Notes: generated by a model from the letters alone, not told the origin. Shown: positions 11,929 through 26,153, counted from the whole stretch's first letter. The stretch is 62,050 nucleotides of DNA, filler included, from Sphacelaria rigidula (GCA_964200075.2; 10 parts of 10 records of this genome joined end to end with filler, not necessarily neighbours in it); one strand, 5' to 3'. Numbers and translations: made by a program.

Positions 11929-13399
11929 GGCCTGAACCCGGCGTGCTCTGTCTCGGCTTTGCAGGGGTGGGCTCCCGATGGGGTCGTCGTCGGTTGGCGA
12001 TGGCGCTATTAAACACACCACTCACTGCGTGAGCTAGACAACCAGGGTGCCGGTTTTTTCCGCGCGCTTGCGTTTTTTTACGGTAACCATGGTGGTAGTC
12101 GAGCTAGATCATGTTGTGCGGCGTGGGAGAACCTCAACTTCACACAGGGGGGATGCTCGTACTACGTAGTATTGTGTAAATGGTGAGACACCCACGAGGC
12201 AGTGTATAAGCCGTGGCTGTCCCTAGAAGTGGCGATACCAGAACATGAAGCAACTCATTGTAGGCGGTCATCCGAATGCAAAATAATCAGCAGGCTTCGG
12301 GCCCAACAACCTCAGCAGGATGCAGCTCACCCNNNNNNNNNNNNNNNNNNNNNNNNNNNNNNNNNNNNNNNNNNNNTTAATTAATTAANNNNNNNNNNNN
12401 NNNNNNNNNNNNNNNNNNNNNNNNNNNNNNNNCAAAAAATGAGGGGTATATAGGAGAAAAAGGTTTTTAGATACAGGGGGGAGGGGGGGGGGGGGGGGGT
12501 GTAGTGTAGGTCCAGAAAAAAAAAATCTGAGCGTCCTTGGCTGTTCACACATTTTCCGCCCATAATCACGAAATAAAGCGAAAAAACGGTCCAATTTTTT
12601 TCTCGCCTACAGCGTGATAGATGCCTGTATTACGCACCCCAAAATATTGTTTTCGCCTGCTTCGAAAATATCTCAGAAAACAAAATCGTTGCGCCAAGCC
12701 CCAACAGGAACGTCCGCGGGGTGTGCGTTTTCTTAGATTTTCCATCAACTTGTTGCGGTGCCGCAGCGCCGCAACAGCTATCCTTTGATCTGCGAGGGTA
12801 GTCCACCTGGATTGTACATACCTTTTCAAGTGACAGTGATCCCGATTCAACACATGACCAACATTCGCAGTCCAAGGGTCAAGCGCTGAAATGGACAGGA
12901 ACTGCTTCTCGATGAAATCCACATGGGTCATTGTAGGGGAAATTCCGTTTCCAAAAGGAGTTTCAGAACGCGGACTATCTCCTTGAAAATCCCTTTTGCT
13001 GGCGATTTTCGTTTGTGAGTCGGCATCATTTGGAGTCGAAAATGACTGAAAAAATGATGCCGACTCACACAAACAGAGATCGCCGATAGGTTCCCAAGAG
13101 TTTTTTTCGTCTAATGCATCTGTTGATCATATATAGTTCTGTTTCTGGTTGTTTTTTTCTTTATTTTGGTCAAGGGGAAGATTATATTTGTCCGGGGTGC
13201 GCATCAATAGTTGCAATAATAGGCCTATGCTTTATCCAGTACATTTTTTGCCCATCGCATCTATTGATCATGGGTGTGGAATCGTGTATTCAGTACGCGC
13301 CTCAGCCACACCAAAGGGTATTGCCCCACAATGCTCTTAGAGAAACAGTAGTTTTATTCAGATCAAAGCCGATATGTGTCCACCGTCTCTGTAGTGATA

Positions 13400-13900
13400 C
13401 AGACAAGACGCAACAAGGCAACACAACACCTACACACCCAGCCCCTAAACAGCACGCACAGACACCCACTACTCACGCGCATACGTTCCAGCGCTAGCCC
13501 TTGCTAGTCTACACACGGCAGTATTCCCGACGGATACGAGTATCCATTCTGTATTGGACGAATAGCGGCCGTGTGCGTGTCAAAAACAACCGAAAACGTG
13601 TCGTTGCTCCCCGTTCCTGTGTGCGTGCTGTGCGTGCGTCTCACACGAATCATCATTTCTCATTGAATTCTGCACAGATTTGAGCAAGGTCACCCACAAT
13701 ATGCTCAGCCAATAAGCAGCTACGAATCGAGCCTGGTGCTTTTGGTTTGCGGGGGGTCCAAGTTGCTTAGATTCACCTCTGGTTGTGTTGGGTTGTGTGG
13801 CAATCCTTTGGATGTGCCCCTGTCAACGGGACATGTATGTCCTCCTTCGACGTGTCTGGAAATCTCTGTGAAAGGGGAATTTTGGGGAGTAGTAGTATCG
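13400..13900 (+). repeat. Dispersed repeat family E (unclassified)
   Basis: Similar blocks at ~40985-41450(+) and ~18770-19120(-), sharing e.g. GAGCAGCTACG..TCGAGC and CCCCTGTC(A/C)A.GGG.CAT. Confidence 0.7.
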
Positions 13901-16900
13901 CAGCGACCGATCAGCGGTTGCTTTTTATAAGGCGACTTTGAAAAAGGGGACTGTCCCCTTCAGGAAGAACCCGTCTCACCATCAAAATGGTCACCCTTCT
14001 TTTCCTGGGCCTCGTTCCTAGCTCGGAATTTTCCGAGCGAAAATTACAAACACACATGGTCGATTCGGTGAGCTTGCTGGTTATTCTGCGAACAGGCACC
14101 CACGTTCTGTCAAACACAGACCACCGGCCCCTGGATACCCCGAGATGACCCTGGAATGCTAGCCACTGAAACTGTTCCGAGGCGACGCTCGCAGTCAAGG
14201 GTTAATTAAATATGGACTTGACCATTAGACCGCGATGCGAGTACAGGTAGTCCATCTGGATCACACATACATTTTTCAAGTGAAATCGATGCTGATTCAG
14301 CACGTAACCTACCCTCACGGTGAAAGGGTTATTTCCGTTTTTAGGCTGGCCCAGCTCGATTCCGTAACTTCTGACAGAAGTTGAAGGGCAAAAACAAAAC
14401 GAATGGGGCATTTTTTCCGTGACGAGGGGGATATCGCGGCGACCAATTTCAACGCTTCTCTGGAAGCTCATTCTCGAAAACCCCTTACGTTTGTCCCAGA
14501 AAAATGACGCCGCAGTTCTACTATGTAGTGGTCGAAGGTAATGCTTGGTACGAGGAAAAAAACGGCATCGCGAATGTTGAAAATACACACTGTAGTTGTG
14601 TAATTATTGAGACTGTTCAGGCTGCAGGATGAACTGTCTGTACTCCGGGCGGTTTTCAAGGGAGGACAGCAGCTCAACCGGTGTCATAGTATACACCTGC
14701 GTACAGGTGGGGAAATTCATTCCGCCGCCATGTCGCTCTATGCAAGGGCGTTGGTCTAGGGGACCGTAGGCTGTAGGCAGGCTTCGGTATACCATATCGG
14801 CCCTGTCGAGAGAGTGGGTAAAAAAAAAATGGGGCTGAGATCTAGAAAAATACAACGTCTTCAGGCGGGGCGCTGCCTTCAACCCAAGAAACTTGACCCC
14901 TTCCTCTGTTGTTGGGCAGAGATCAAGCCCGCTCACATACTGTAAAAGGTCAGGCTGGGCCTGATTTCCGGTTTCGTATCAGGGGGGGGAATACCTTTAC
15001 CGCATTGCTGTGTCGGTACCAAAGGCGATATTGCGCACCTCATGCATATTCGGATCTTGGTTAAGTGCTCACTTGAACGACCCGCTGTGCGAAGACAATG
15101 AACACGACGCAAGAGTGGTCTGCATGAACAACAGCCGTCTTAGGGTGTTCCACACAATGCGAGATTATTCTGCATCGTGATGTACTCACGGTACATACAA
15201 CAGGCGCGAGGTGTCGACGTCATGGCAAACTTGTGGACTGATCGTTCACTCTCTCCATTATACAATCAGCAGGGGCTACATGTTCACAGTCAGTTGCTGG
15301 TCGTTTTTGGTCTGGTTTTGACCCGTTATACTGCAGTAGTACACTACACGTACTGCTTGCCCCCCATGGCCTGTCGTGCTGAGACAACGCGGGTGGCTTC
15401 AAGCGAGTATAAAAATTACTAGGCGTGTGCGGCAAGCCCAGTCCGCTTGAGTAGAGTGCGCTTGAGTACTTCAGCAGCTTCTACTACGGTAGCCTACATA
15501 TTTCGTCTGCAAGCTATTTGAAAAATACTTGTTGGCAGCTGCCTCTCCCGCGGTAATATAATTTTCCCGGACGACATCTTGATTTTACTCGATTCCTGCA
15601 GCCAACCAGGCGGCAAACAACATGGCAAATAGGTCAGCCTCGAATATCTTACATCGACACCACTCGGCAAAAGCTTCTTCAACAAAGTATTTTCCTCACC
15701 TCGTTTCTTGTGCTGTGTTGCTGCCCGAAGTAACGTCACGCAATGTTTGAAATGTCATATGTCAAATGTCGGCTCAGGTTAATGACTTCTATACATGCGG
15801 TACTTCTTTCTCGGGACTTTGGAGCCAACAACGACAAAGGATAAGGATATGATCCATCACATCGTCTTATGTCATAACCTTTGCTCTGGATGGTAGTATT
15901 CTATATGTCGAAGTATCGTATCACCCTATGCAACCCACCTCCCTGTGGACTATCAACGATCTCCTCGCGAGCTTCCCGGAAGATATGGGCATTATCAGTA
16001 CTTGCACAGCAGTTTTGTACCGCAGATGCATCTATAGCGTTGTTGATTGGTTGATTGATCTGTAGCGTTGTTGAACAAGCACTGCTTACTCTCTCTGAAT
16101 GTACAGTTTTCGAACCTTCGATGATGCTATCTTCTTGTTACTTGTAGAGCTCGTGGGTGCACCGGCCCGTCATCTGATATTGAGTAATTTGGGTGTTCTT
16201 TGCCATTCGTGTTACCTTACCTACTAACACACTGCGTGCAGCTGCGGTGACCACGCTTTCCCTTCTTCTCTCGGCGAAAAGAAAAACACAGCGTAGGTTG
16301 CTGCGCGGTTCCGCTGCAGCGTGATACGCCGCTGGACGCGGGTTGACATTGATCCGCAGCAATTCCTTGGAACGTGATCCGCAGTAATTTTGAGTACAGA
16401 CGAAAGCGAGGTGAGAGACGACCCGAAAAACTTTTAACACAGCGGTTGCATATTGTTTCAATGCTGGGTAGGTGATGGTGCCAACACATGGATGACGTTT
16501 CGACTGAGGATCACAACATAAATACTGCAGTGTGTAATAGTAGTGTATTGTGCAACGTGTTCGAAGAACGAATCTACGTACCACACATGCTCAAGTTAGT
16601 GCCATAAGCTATGTACGGGTTACAGCGATCGGTCAGAACCCATGCACACATATACCTCATACCATCATCCTGGCTCATACATGATGAATTATTTGCCAGC
16701 TAATTCGACGCTTGTCAAGCGAAAACGCTCATTTCATCACAAGAGCTTGCTAGATCTCCTGGCTGCGCCCTTCTCCAGCAGAGAACTCTTCAAACTAGAT
16801 AGGCCGTTTGTCGATTCTCCGTTGGATCCACCTGATCATGATATTGGGATGGAACGGCAGCTTATGAGATTCAGCGCCGCACCTTCCTGGTCGCTGAGTG

Positions 16901-17642
16901 TTCATCGCGCCTGTGCATGAAGTGAGTGAGTGAGTGCTGCACCTAACATACGGGTGACGGATTACATGTCGTAACAAGTCATCTTGGGACACATACACCT
17001 ATGCACGCATGTGGACTGAGTTGGACATGCCACATTTGGAGTACAGAACAGCTTTCCCCCATCTACACGCAGAACGAACCTTTCTGATGAACACAGCACT
17101 GTATGTTGGTGTCTGGCATCTAAATAGAAAATAGCCCCAGAGAACCCCCGACCAGTTTTGACCTGCAGTCAATTGCGTGCAGAGTCGGTATGTGTGCTGT
17201 ACTGCATGTCTTCGCTGAATACAATGGCGAGAAACAGTAAGCGTGCCATCGCTCTGCACTGAACACAGTATATTGCATGTTGATGATGTCTCTGCTTCGT
17301 GTTCCACAAAAACACTACAGACAGTGTGAAGCTCCCCGGATAACATATGAGGGGTCAGACAGGCGGGCGTCGTAGATCACGAGGAGAGTAAAAAGCATGT
17401 TGTTTGTGCCCATCCATGTAATCTATGATGGTTGAATTCCCATGGCCAAAACGAGTTATACGGCTAGACAGCGAAGTAATTCGCCTGTAGTCCGCCTGCA
17501 AGGATTAAAGTGACCGTTTTCACGGCATTGGGGCAGAGTCTTATCAGAAATGATCATCATTCTTCGAAAAATCACTTTCGTTAAAAACGACCGATGATTG
17601 GTTGCTGCGATACCACCCCCCCCCCCAAAAAAAAAAATGTGT

Positions 17643-17910
17643 GAGTGATACTACGGTAGGGGTACACAAATATTTTCTGAGTTCAAAATTGTTAGAAGCC
17701 TTTATCTCATCCAAAACACGACTTATGAAAATTTGCGAAAGTACGCCAGGATTACTATTCCGATGTGCTGGGGATATGCCGAATGAATCTGAATGAATCT
17801 GCAAACGGCGGGGATGCCCTGACCCATATTCTTGTGCATCTAGAATCGTTAGGAGCCCCTGAACCAGACCAAATTCGCGAAAAAAGTGCACCCCTAGCGT
17901 AGGATTGCTC
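17643..17910 (+). mobile_element. Sola-like non-autonomous DNA transposon (MITE)
   Basis: TIR GAGTGAT(A/G)CTACGGTAGGGGT(A/G)CA / TGCACCCCTA(C/G)CGTAG(C/G)ATTGCTC. Same family as 44131-44394 and 57791-58046. No TSD visible on this copy. Confidence 0.75.
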
Positions 17911-18014
17911 AAATGCCAAATAATCACTGTTGCAAAAGTGATTTCATAACGGCCACTTCCACAACAACTGCATTTTTCACTTGTAATACGAGCTGGGCCA
18001 GCCTAAAAACGGAT

Positions 18015-18120
18015 TTAACCCTTAGACAGCGAGAGTAGGTCAGCCGTTGAATCGGCATCAATTTCAATTGGAAAAAGTATGGATGATACAGATAGACTAC
18101 CCTCGCGGTCTGAGGGTTAA
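18015..18120. mobile_element. piggyBac-like ~98-bp MITE with TTAA target duplication
   Basis: TTAA(18015-18018)-CCCTTAGACAGCGAGAGTAG ... CTACCCTCGCGGTCTGAGGG-TTAA(18117-18120), a 20-bp imperfect TIR. Related copies near 12785-12880, 14220-14331, 24435-24640, 47979-48084 and 54985-55200. Confidence 0.85.
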
Positions 18121-18130
18121 GCTCGAAAAG

Positions 18131-18547
18131 CAATTTCTCATCGACACAGACAAGTTGGGCCGTGATCGGCATATCGTATTAATCGTCTAATCAAGGGGAA
18201 GGTGCCCATCTGCTCAAAAATTTGGGCCCATATTTTCTCGTTGATTAAACCCCATGTCTAGTAATTCCTATACCTGAGGGAGATAGCGCCTATCTATACT
18301 AAAATCTCTATGTAACCCCCGATCGATGTATTGAGCGGATGGCAGCGAATTTCGGTGTGGACATTCTCTGGAGCAAGGGGAGACGACAGATACCCTCACC
18401 TTCACCTAATTCGTCATCTATCCCGAGATATGGCGCACATAACTTTCTATACTAGAATCAATGTATTACGAGCAGAAAACAGCCGATCATCTATGTTGAG
18501 GATGGTGCTTTTCATTGAGGATGGGAACCCGGAGGATTAAAATCTTC
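18131..18547 (+). repeat. Dispersed repeat family G (unclassified)
   Basis: Reverse-complement match to ~39250-39545 (GGCCGTGATC.GCATATC..., CCCTCACCTTCACCTAATT). Confidence 0.7.
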
Positions 18548-19776
18548 NNNNNNNNNNNNNNNNNNNNNNNNNNNNNNNNNNNNNNNNNNNNTTAATTAAT
18601 TAANNNNNNNNNNNNNNNNNNNNNNNNNNNNNNNNNNNNNNNNNNNNGCATCCGGGTGGCAGGGGCGGAAGACGTCCGTGCTTTCCCGTTCAAGCGAAGA
18701 GCAAACCGTCCCCCCCCCCCCCCCCCCCCCCCCCCCAACCGAAAAAGTGCCCTTCTGCCCAAGCGATTATATGTGCACCTCGAATTGGAACACAGATGCC
18801 CCATGGACAGGGGCACATGCAAAGGCTTGACACACGACCCAACACAATCAGAGGTGAACCTGAGGAACTCACTCCCCCGCGAACCAAAAACACACAGCTC
18901 GAGCCGTAGCTGCTCATCAGTTGAGCACGTTGTCGGTTGTAATTTTACATGCACGCGACCATTATTCCTCCAATACAGAACCGCTTTCGGTCAAACAAAG
19001 ACTGTCGTGTGTAGATGAGCAAAGGCTAGCGCTAAAGCTCATGCGCGTGAGTGGTGGGTATCTATGCGTGTTTTTTGGGGGCCCAGTGTATAGGTCCTTC
19101 CTTGCCTTGTTGCGTCCTGTCTGTAGCAGTACAGAGATATTGGATCAACGACCACTCCAGAACCGCCGTGTACCTAGACCTGTGTGTAGATCTGGGCTTC
19201 CATCTGGACAAAAACTGCTTCTCGGTAAGACTCAAACTGGTGGTTTTGGCGGCAATCATTTTTTCATAAGCATTTTTTTTCAGGCGATGATAATAATCTT
19301 CGATGTACACCAGCGTAACAGAAGATTTGTATTAAGCTGTTGGGTGCCAGGCCTAATCTTGGAACAACATCGATGGTTGACCTGCGGCAACCATAGACCT
19401 GACGTTATAATAGAAGATAACATCCTCTTTGTTTCTGCAAACACTGCCCCCGATGACAGCACACGGTGGGAGTCTCCACGTCGTGCGGTAGGTCACCAGC
19501 CCGACGTGACTGCGCTATGCTGGGACCCCGCACTATAATGGGATCGTGTGATTACTTGACATTTGTATAGAAAATCGGGCTTGCGACGGGCGATTTCGAC
19601 CGCACTGTGGTGGGACCCGCACGATAGTGGGACTCGTACTGTACCGTGCGCTCTCTCGTATCGTTTGTCTCGAGAAAAATATGCCGCGTCTTGTTCATTT
19701 CGGGATGAAAACATGAAAACACCTTGTTTGTGTGTATGGGTGTACGTTTTTTTTTATCGAACGCTCTCCGGTTCAG

Positions 19777-22700
19777 GGAACAGATGGGGCGGCGGGACCT
19801 GGAAGCAACGGCGAAACTGATGATGCAGGTGATGCGCTGCAACGCGAAGCTTTTGAAGGGTCTCAAGGAATGCAGGGCTCGTGGGGGGCCGCCTCGTGTG
19901 CGGAGGTACGTACGTGGTCGTTTTGTGCTTAATTCCTGGGATGTGGGCTCCTTGTCGGAACCCGTACAGAGTTCGTGTCGAAGAAAGAAGAGAGAAAGAG
20001 TCGTCAGTTTTGAAGAAGTAACCGTGGACCCATGTCTTTCATCGTGATGACTTACGGCGACTTCTCCCCCGCCACGTGGCAAAAGAGATGACCACGTGTT
20101 GAAAGATGAAGACCCACGCATGATTGGGCAGGTAGACCTCTGCAGGATCATGACTTGATCAATGCTATCTCCGTTCACCAGAACAAACATTGAACACCCT
20201 TCGCACCTTTACCGAGGTTCATTACGCACACAAGAGTGGCAGCAGAGTGACGTATTTAGTACGCTGGTGGGGTTTTCTGGTGTGTTGGTCACCCCTCACT
20301 AGCAACTCATGTCCGTCCCAGCTCTGGAAGGCCGTGAAAAGTTGGCTATCCAGCAGCTTCGCGTGTGCAGCACGAACTCGAGGGACAGCACCGTAACAAA
20401 GAATGCGCTGGAGTCACCGTTACGCCGACTGGTTCGACGTTCTTATGAAGTACTTGATACTTCGTAGATTTCCGCCGCAAGCAAGCCTCGTGTGCGCAGG
20501 TGAGCAAGGGTTGACGACGCGCACTAAAGAAAGCAGATTCTTCCCGCTGCGATATTTGTAATATACCTTGCTTTCCGAATGCGAGTGAGGTTTCCGCCGG
20601 ATGGTGCCCACGCCGGCCAGTTCAGCCATCCGTATGTGTTGGGCGTTGTCGACGTTGCGCATGCACACGCGGCCATCTGGCGACCGCCTAAAATGCCTTC
20701 GGAGGGATGCGCGGCCCTCCAGAGGCAAAACAAGCCTCCAGAGGCCTTCAATCCCTCTGGAGGAAACCAAACACTACCGACCTGGAGGGCCGCGCACCCC
20801 TCCGGAGGAATTTGGGGGTAGCAAATGCCTTCGGAGAGATACGCAGCCCCCCAGAGGCAAAAACAAGCCTCCGGAGGCGTTTAATCCCATTGGAGGAAAC
20901 CAAAAATTATCCTCTGGAGGGCCGCGAACCCCTCAGGAGGCGTTGAATTCCTCTGGAGGCTCGAAAAGTTGACCGATCTGGAGGAATTTGGGGGTAGCCG
21001 AATGGCCACGTGTGTGGGTGGTTGGGTGTTCATGTGCACAGGTCTGTTTACAGCAATCGGTGTGTGTGTGCATGTGTGCTGCGGGTCATATTTTGGTGTT
21101 TGGACCTTTCCATGCGTGTGCGGGTCTGATACTCAGGCTATTTGGCGAACGTATATGTAAATTAAGATGTCAGTACTAAGAAAACGTCAATTCGAAACCG
21201 CCAGCGTAGAAATGTCTCATTCCGACAGGTTTAGCGTGCTGTATATTTAAGTATCCTTGCATGCGACAGACACTGTAAATAACGATTGTTAAATCATTCG
21301 ATAGGATGGTGTGCTCTCGTTGAGTGCCGGTTTATTATTTATTTTATTTCTTATCTGTCGCACATCGAACCCGTCCCCTCTCTCGGGACAAGTCCGTGGT
21401 CTCGAGAGATCATCCCATCTCTCCCCGATACACGCCTTGCATTTTGATCTCGCGGATTGGATCAGCACTCCCGCACCGCTTCGACTCTCCTCGTCAAACA
21501 ATCTCAATCAACTATTTTTTGTTTACTGACGTACTTACGCTTCCGACGGTGGAAATCGAATACTTCGAAGCAAAACCCAACGCATCGGGGAACGAACCCA
21601 CGTTCTCTCCACCCTAATGACGATGGTCGGACCATTACACCGCCGCGAATGGCCGTTATGATTTAACTTTAGGTTGAAGGAGCATTCGATATCTAGTAAT
21701 GTGCTGGCTTTCTCGATGAAGAGCTGTAGTCCATCGCACGCGTTTCCTGACGGATATCTCTTGTTTTTCGCGTCGGTGCGAAGCAAGATCGAGCAAAGCA
21801 GCTCGCACGCTGCAATTTCTAGTGGGGGTTGCGAAACACTGTATACAATTCACACCCTGGACACTATACTGTCGAGAGTTGCAATATACAAAAAATGTAC
21901 TGCGTAAAGTAGAGGCCTATTGCAACTATTTTTCAGCCGATTATATTTGCAACATGCCTATACTGCACGCAGTACATATTTTTTTATCTATTGGAACTAT
22001 TGACCATAAAATTGTCCTTGGTGTGATGAAATTTGGTGAGTCACATGCACATGAAGGCAGCATATCCAAGCTGATCCCAGTTAATTTATGGTTTTGGAGT
22101 AGCATTTGGCATCAATGATCCAAATTTGATGACGATTTTTTGACATAGCGCGGCGGATGATAATTGATCATCGGGCTTGTCCCTGGTTTACTGTAGTCCA
22201 CTTTTTCGAACTTCTCGGGCTCGGCAGGTACTAGATAAGTACGTCTCACTTGTCATGAGTCACAAGTTGAATACGAAGTGCATTATAAACGAATACCAAA
22301 CACTTTGGAAGTCTAGTTGGATTGGAGCAAGGGTTGCAGGGTAAGGCAGGGCTGGGAAAAAACAGTCGTCTTCGGGGTGGTATCTGCCGTAGGTTAAGGG
22401 CGTTGTCTCCCGTCTTGTTCTACGTATTAACTTTTGAATAGGAGTGTCCGTGGATATGATCGTAATATGGTTGGACCATCTAAACTATGAGCAACGGGAA
22501 AAAGGCACTTCTGAAACACAAGATGATGAGGCATCCCCTCCTCCCAAAAACCCTCACGGGAGAGACACCAAACGCTCGTGACTGTAGGGACAACAGTCGA
22601 TACCCTCGAATACGTGAGAGCTGTCGCTAGAATGTGTAATCCTACCCTTTTGGTTCATAATTCTCCTCTTCTACCCGAAGATGAAATCTTTTAATCTCAT

Positions 22701-22987
22701 AACATTTGGGGGTGCGAAATACTCTAAAAAACGAGTTTGCAATTAGCCCGCACGGTGTCACACTCAGCGCGGTCTTGCGGTACGGTGCGCTGTTTGTATC
22801 GTGAAGGCGTGTTCCCCCTCTTTCCTTTTCTGTCCTGTTGCTGCTGTTGTTGCCCCTGCCTGCGTGTAGGTGCAAGGTGGCCAGCCCGGAGATCAACAGG
22901 CTCCGCCTAGAACGCGCTCGCTTAAGACGGCGGGTGTTACAGTTGGAGGACGAAGTGTTGGCCAGGGGGTTACCTTTGCCTCCCTAA
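19777..22987 (+). CDS. Last two exons (19777-19905, 22870-22987) of an unknown, probably coiled-coil protein
   Basis: Splice sites ttcag|19777, GAG|gtacg 19905, and polypyrimidine tract + gtag|22870; phases match (2/2). Joined: EQMGRRDLEATAKLMMQVMRCNAKLLKGLKECRARGGPPRVRRCKVASPEINRLRLERARLRRRVLQLEDEVLARGLPLPP*. Confidence 0.6.
20664..21014. mobile_element. CACTA/EnSpm (CMC)-like non-autonomous element with CCTCCGGAGG subterminal repeats
   Basis: Termini CACACGCGGCCA...TGGCCACGTGTG, 2-bp TSD TG, interior filled with palindromic CCTC(C/T)GGAGG motifs. Confidence 0.75.
21370..21650 (-). mobile_element. tRNA-derived SINE
   Basis: Minus strand reads A-box-like GGCGGTGTAATGGT and B-box-like GGGTTCGTTCCC, followed by a body matching 51571-51860. 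Confidence 0.7.
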
Positions 22988-25900
22988 GGAAGAACAAATG
23001 TAAACGTACATGATTTTGGCGGATGGCTGCGTGTGTGTGTGCTCTTAGTTTACCCTTTTGTCACGCTGGGAAATAACCAAGGCTTTCAAAACATGTTTTT
23101 TTTGTTTTGTTTACGTAGTCACGTTCCTGAACCGATTCAAGTATGTTCAAGTGGGATTTTCACTTTTTTTTGTGTCGTCCGGGTCAAGAGTGGTCATGTG
23201 AGAGCATACCCTGCATGTAACGAAGCCTTGGGGAAAAAAAAACAGCGCCGTTGCTGTATTTTTCTGGTGGGTATGGCGATTGATCGCCATAAAAACCATG
23301 ATGGCCCATGTTCGTGCGCGAATCTAGTTTTGGTGGTGCTGTATGTACAATGCCCATGTCAGTTGATGCAAGTGTCTGAGTGCCAACAGTCCCGAGGGAG
23401 TGTGACAGAATTACCGGATAGTGGACTGTGATTTATGTGCAGGGGTAGATGTACGCGTTTTGAGATGGGCCCATGTATATAAGGTGTAGTTCGTAGTTTA
23501 GGAGGAAAGCAAGGTGGAGGAGAGGACTGAGAAGGGTGACCGAGCTTTTCTCAATCAGTACTCGCTGCACATCCTGCACTAGTGCGGGCAGAGGCTACTG
23601 TTGTACGTGTCATCAGGCGTGAGCTTGAGCTTTGGCGTGAAAAGTTTGGGTGCTCGTGGTGTGACACTTGTTATTATGTAGAATTTCAAAAATGATGCGT
23701 GCGTCACAGTTGGAGTAGAAACAAATCTTCACGTTGTCCCCGTTTTGTGGATGACTGTGCACAGGCATTAACTTGAAACCTAGAAGCGCTCTACGCATCA
23801 TGGTGTCATGAGTACGTGGAATTGATGAGCACGTTCGCGCACCCTGGCAGGTTGCAAAAAACGAGAGGGGTGACCACAGGAAACCATTTCGCCAGATGGA
23901 GAATCTAGCAGATGATTGAAAGTGAGCTTTTCAGCCCGTTTTCACGCGAACAAAATGAAAAGAAACTGTCGATTCCACGAGCGGACGCTTCTGTAACTGT
24001 TCGGTAGGGTCGTTACGGCGCGTGATTACGTACAGCAACCGAGAAAGGCGATCGGTGGATCTTCCTGAAAAGATCGCGTGTCATAACCAATTGCAGAAGG
24101 ATCTCCAAAGCGAGGCGTATTTTCTCCCTTGATGTTCAGAGCAAGGATTGGCCGTGAACCTGTGTGGTGAACAGTGGAAATGGGCTCGTACAGGGTAGAG
24201 AGTAGTTGTGTTCTCCCGCGCATCGATGGCGGCTCTGTTATTCCGAGGTCATCCTACCGTCAGAAACGGTTTCCTAGGGTACTGGAGATTCTTCTTCTCA
24301 GATATGAGAGTTTCGGGCCCTCAGACATGTCACTGTTGCATCTGCTCCTTTAACGTCGTCACCTCCGGGTTACATGTGCATACACGCTTCCACTCCGCAC
24401 ATACAAATGGGATGTCTTTCACATTATTAACCGTTTGGCCGCCATGATAGGCCATCGGCTGAATCGGCATCAATTTCACTTGAAGTATGCGCGATCCAGA
24501 TGGACTACCCGCATCACGTTGTCAGGGTTACACGCTGAAAGTTTCCGTTTGTGGAACCGGGATCAGTTTCACTTCAAATGCTACTGCGTGACCAAGATTG
24601 CGAACCCTGGGGGCCAAAGGGTGAAGATTCCGAAGGGTTAGTCGTTGGATATATAAAACAGTGTTTTCGTGAGATTGAGAGTAGATGATACGATTGAGAG
24701 TGAAAAGCGGTCAATCAGTGAATGAATCGTTTCAGTTCCGAAATGCACTTCCACGAGGCCCANNNNNNNNNNNNNNNNNNNNNNNNNNNNNNNNNNNNNN
24801 NNNNNNTTAATTAATTAANNNNNNNNNNNNNNNNNNNNNNNNNNNNNNNNNNNNNNNNNNNNGAATGCCAATTGTCTTGGTTGTAGGTGAGGGAAAGCAC
24901 GACTTTTGAGTTGAACCTCCTTTTTTTTTTCAACCCCATTTTCGAGAATCGGCTGTTACCTCTGCGCAACCGGTGTTATTGTGGTGGTTGTCGTTTTTTG
25001 CACGCCCGAAGAGCAAGTCGCACGTCCTGCGGCTGATATTTATGTTCCCTAACTTGTTGGTCAAGGTGATGTTGAACGTGAAGGTATAGAACGTCATGCC
25101 GCCAACCCTGGGCAGGTACTTGGTCGTCTTCGCGTAGTTCCGTTCATGTGGGTTGCCGTCAACCCGAGAAAGCTGCTTACGCCTGCAAAGGCCACCATAT
25201 TTTAGTTGGCATGCGCCTTGGGTACCCTCGTGCGACTCTAGCCAAACACCCACTATCCTACCGCCATAGAGATGGCTGCCATAGAAATGGCCGTACTCGT
25301 CCAGAGAACGATGCCGACACCGGTTGAAGTTGAAGGGAAGGCTGTACCCACTTCACCCCCCATTTTTGTCCAGTTTTCCGCCCCCTCCCCGGAGCGTCAC
25401 TACAAAGCACTATTTGCAATGCTTTGAGGGTGTGTTTTCACACCAAACCCGACTCTCGCTTCGACGAGGCGATCTATTCCACAAACGCAGCACAAAACAG
25501 AGGGTTCAAGGGGAAGTGGACCGGTTGGTGTGGCTGGGAATTTTAGCGAACTGATTCCAGGCATGTTAGGGTTCAGTTCGACGAGACAAAGAGCGATCCA
25601 ACTAGTGTTGCCAGTGGAGGTGAACATGAAACACCCGTCATACTGCAATTCATGTATCACCTGAGTCATGCTGCAGGAACCTCCCATGTCCAGGTTATTT
25701 TCGGTTTTCATGCTAAGCCATTATTTGACTATTTTCCTCTGGCTCTTCTCGCTTCCTTCCTTTTCCTTTCCTGTCCCGATTCATCTCCTGCTCGGGTTTG
25801 TTTCGCTTGGTTTTTCCGCTGTCCTTGTCTTCGTTTTGTGTCTTTGCCCTTGTTTCTCGGTTTCATCCCTTTGCTTGTTCGATTTATTTTTCAAGTTTCT

Positions 25901-26153
25901 GCCTTTTTCCGCTCTTGTTTTTCTCAAGCGATTGCTTTTGTTTTGGGTACATCCATCTTTCTTCCAATCGCTTGGTTACTTGGTGGTCAGTTAATGTGCG
26001 ACAATCAATCAGATAAAAAAATCAGCCGACCTCTGTGAAATTGGCCCCACGTTTAGATGTAGCAACGGGGTCAGACCATACGACCAAAAGAGACAGTTGT
26101 CGGGGAATGATTTAGGACAAACACGCGACAGATATCGGCGTAAGCTAAGCAAA

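Noticed and set aside
14604..16831. Scattered candidate minus-strand exons (e.g. 16737-16831, ~15000-15085, ~14700-14805)
   Set aside because: Plausible splice sites, but they cannot be joined or assigned with confidence.
24930..25711. Protein-like minus-strand frames
   Set aside because: No motif recognised and no support without a database search.
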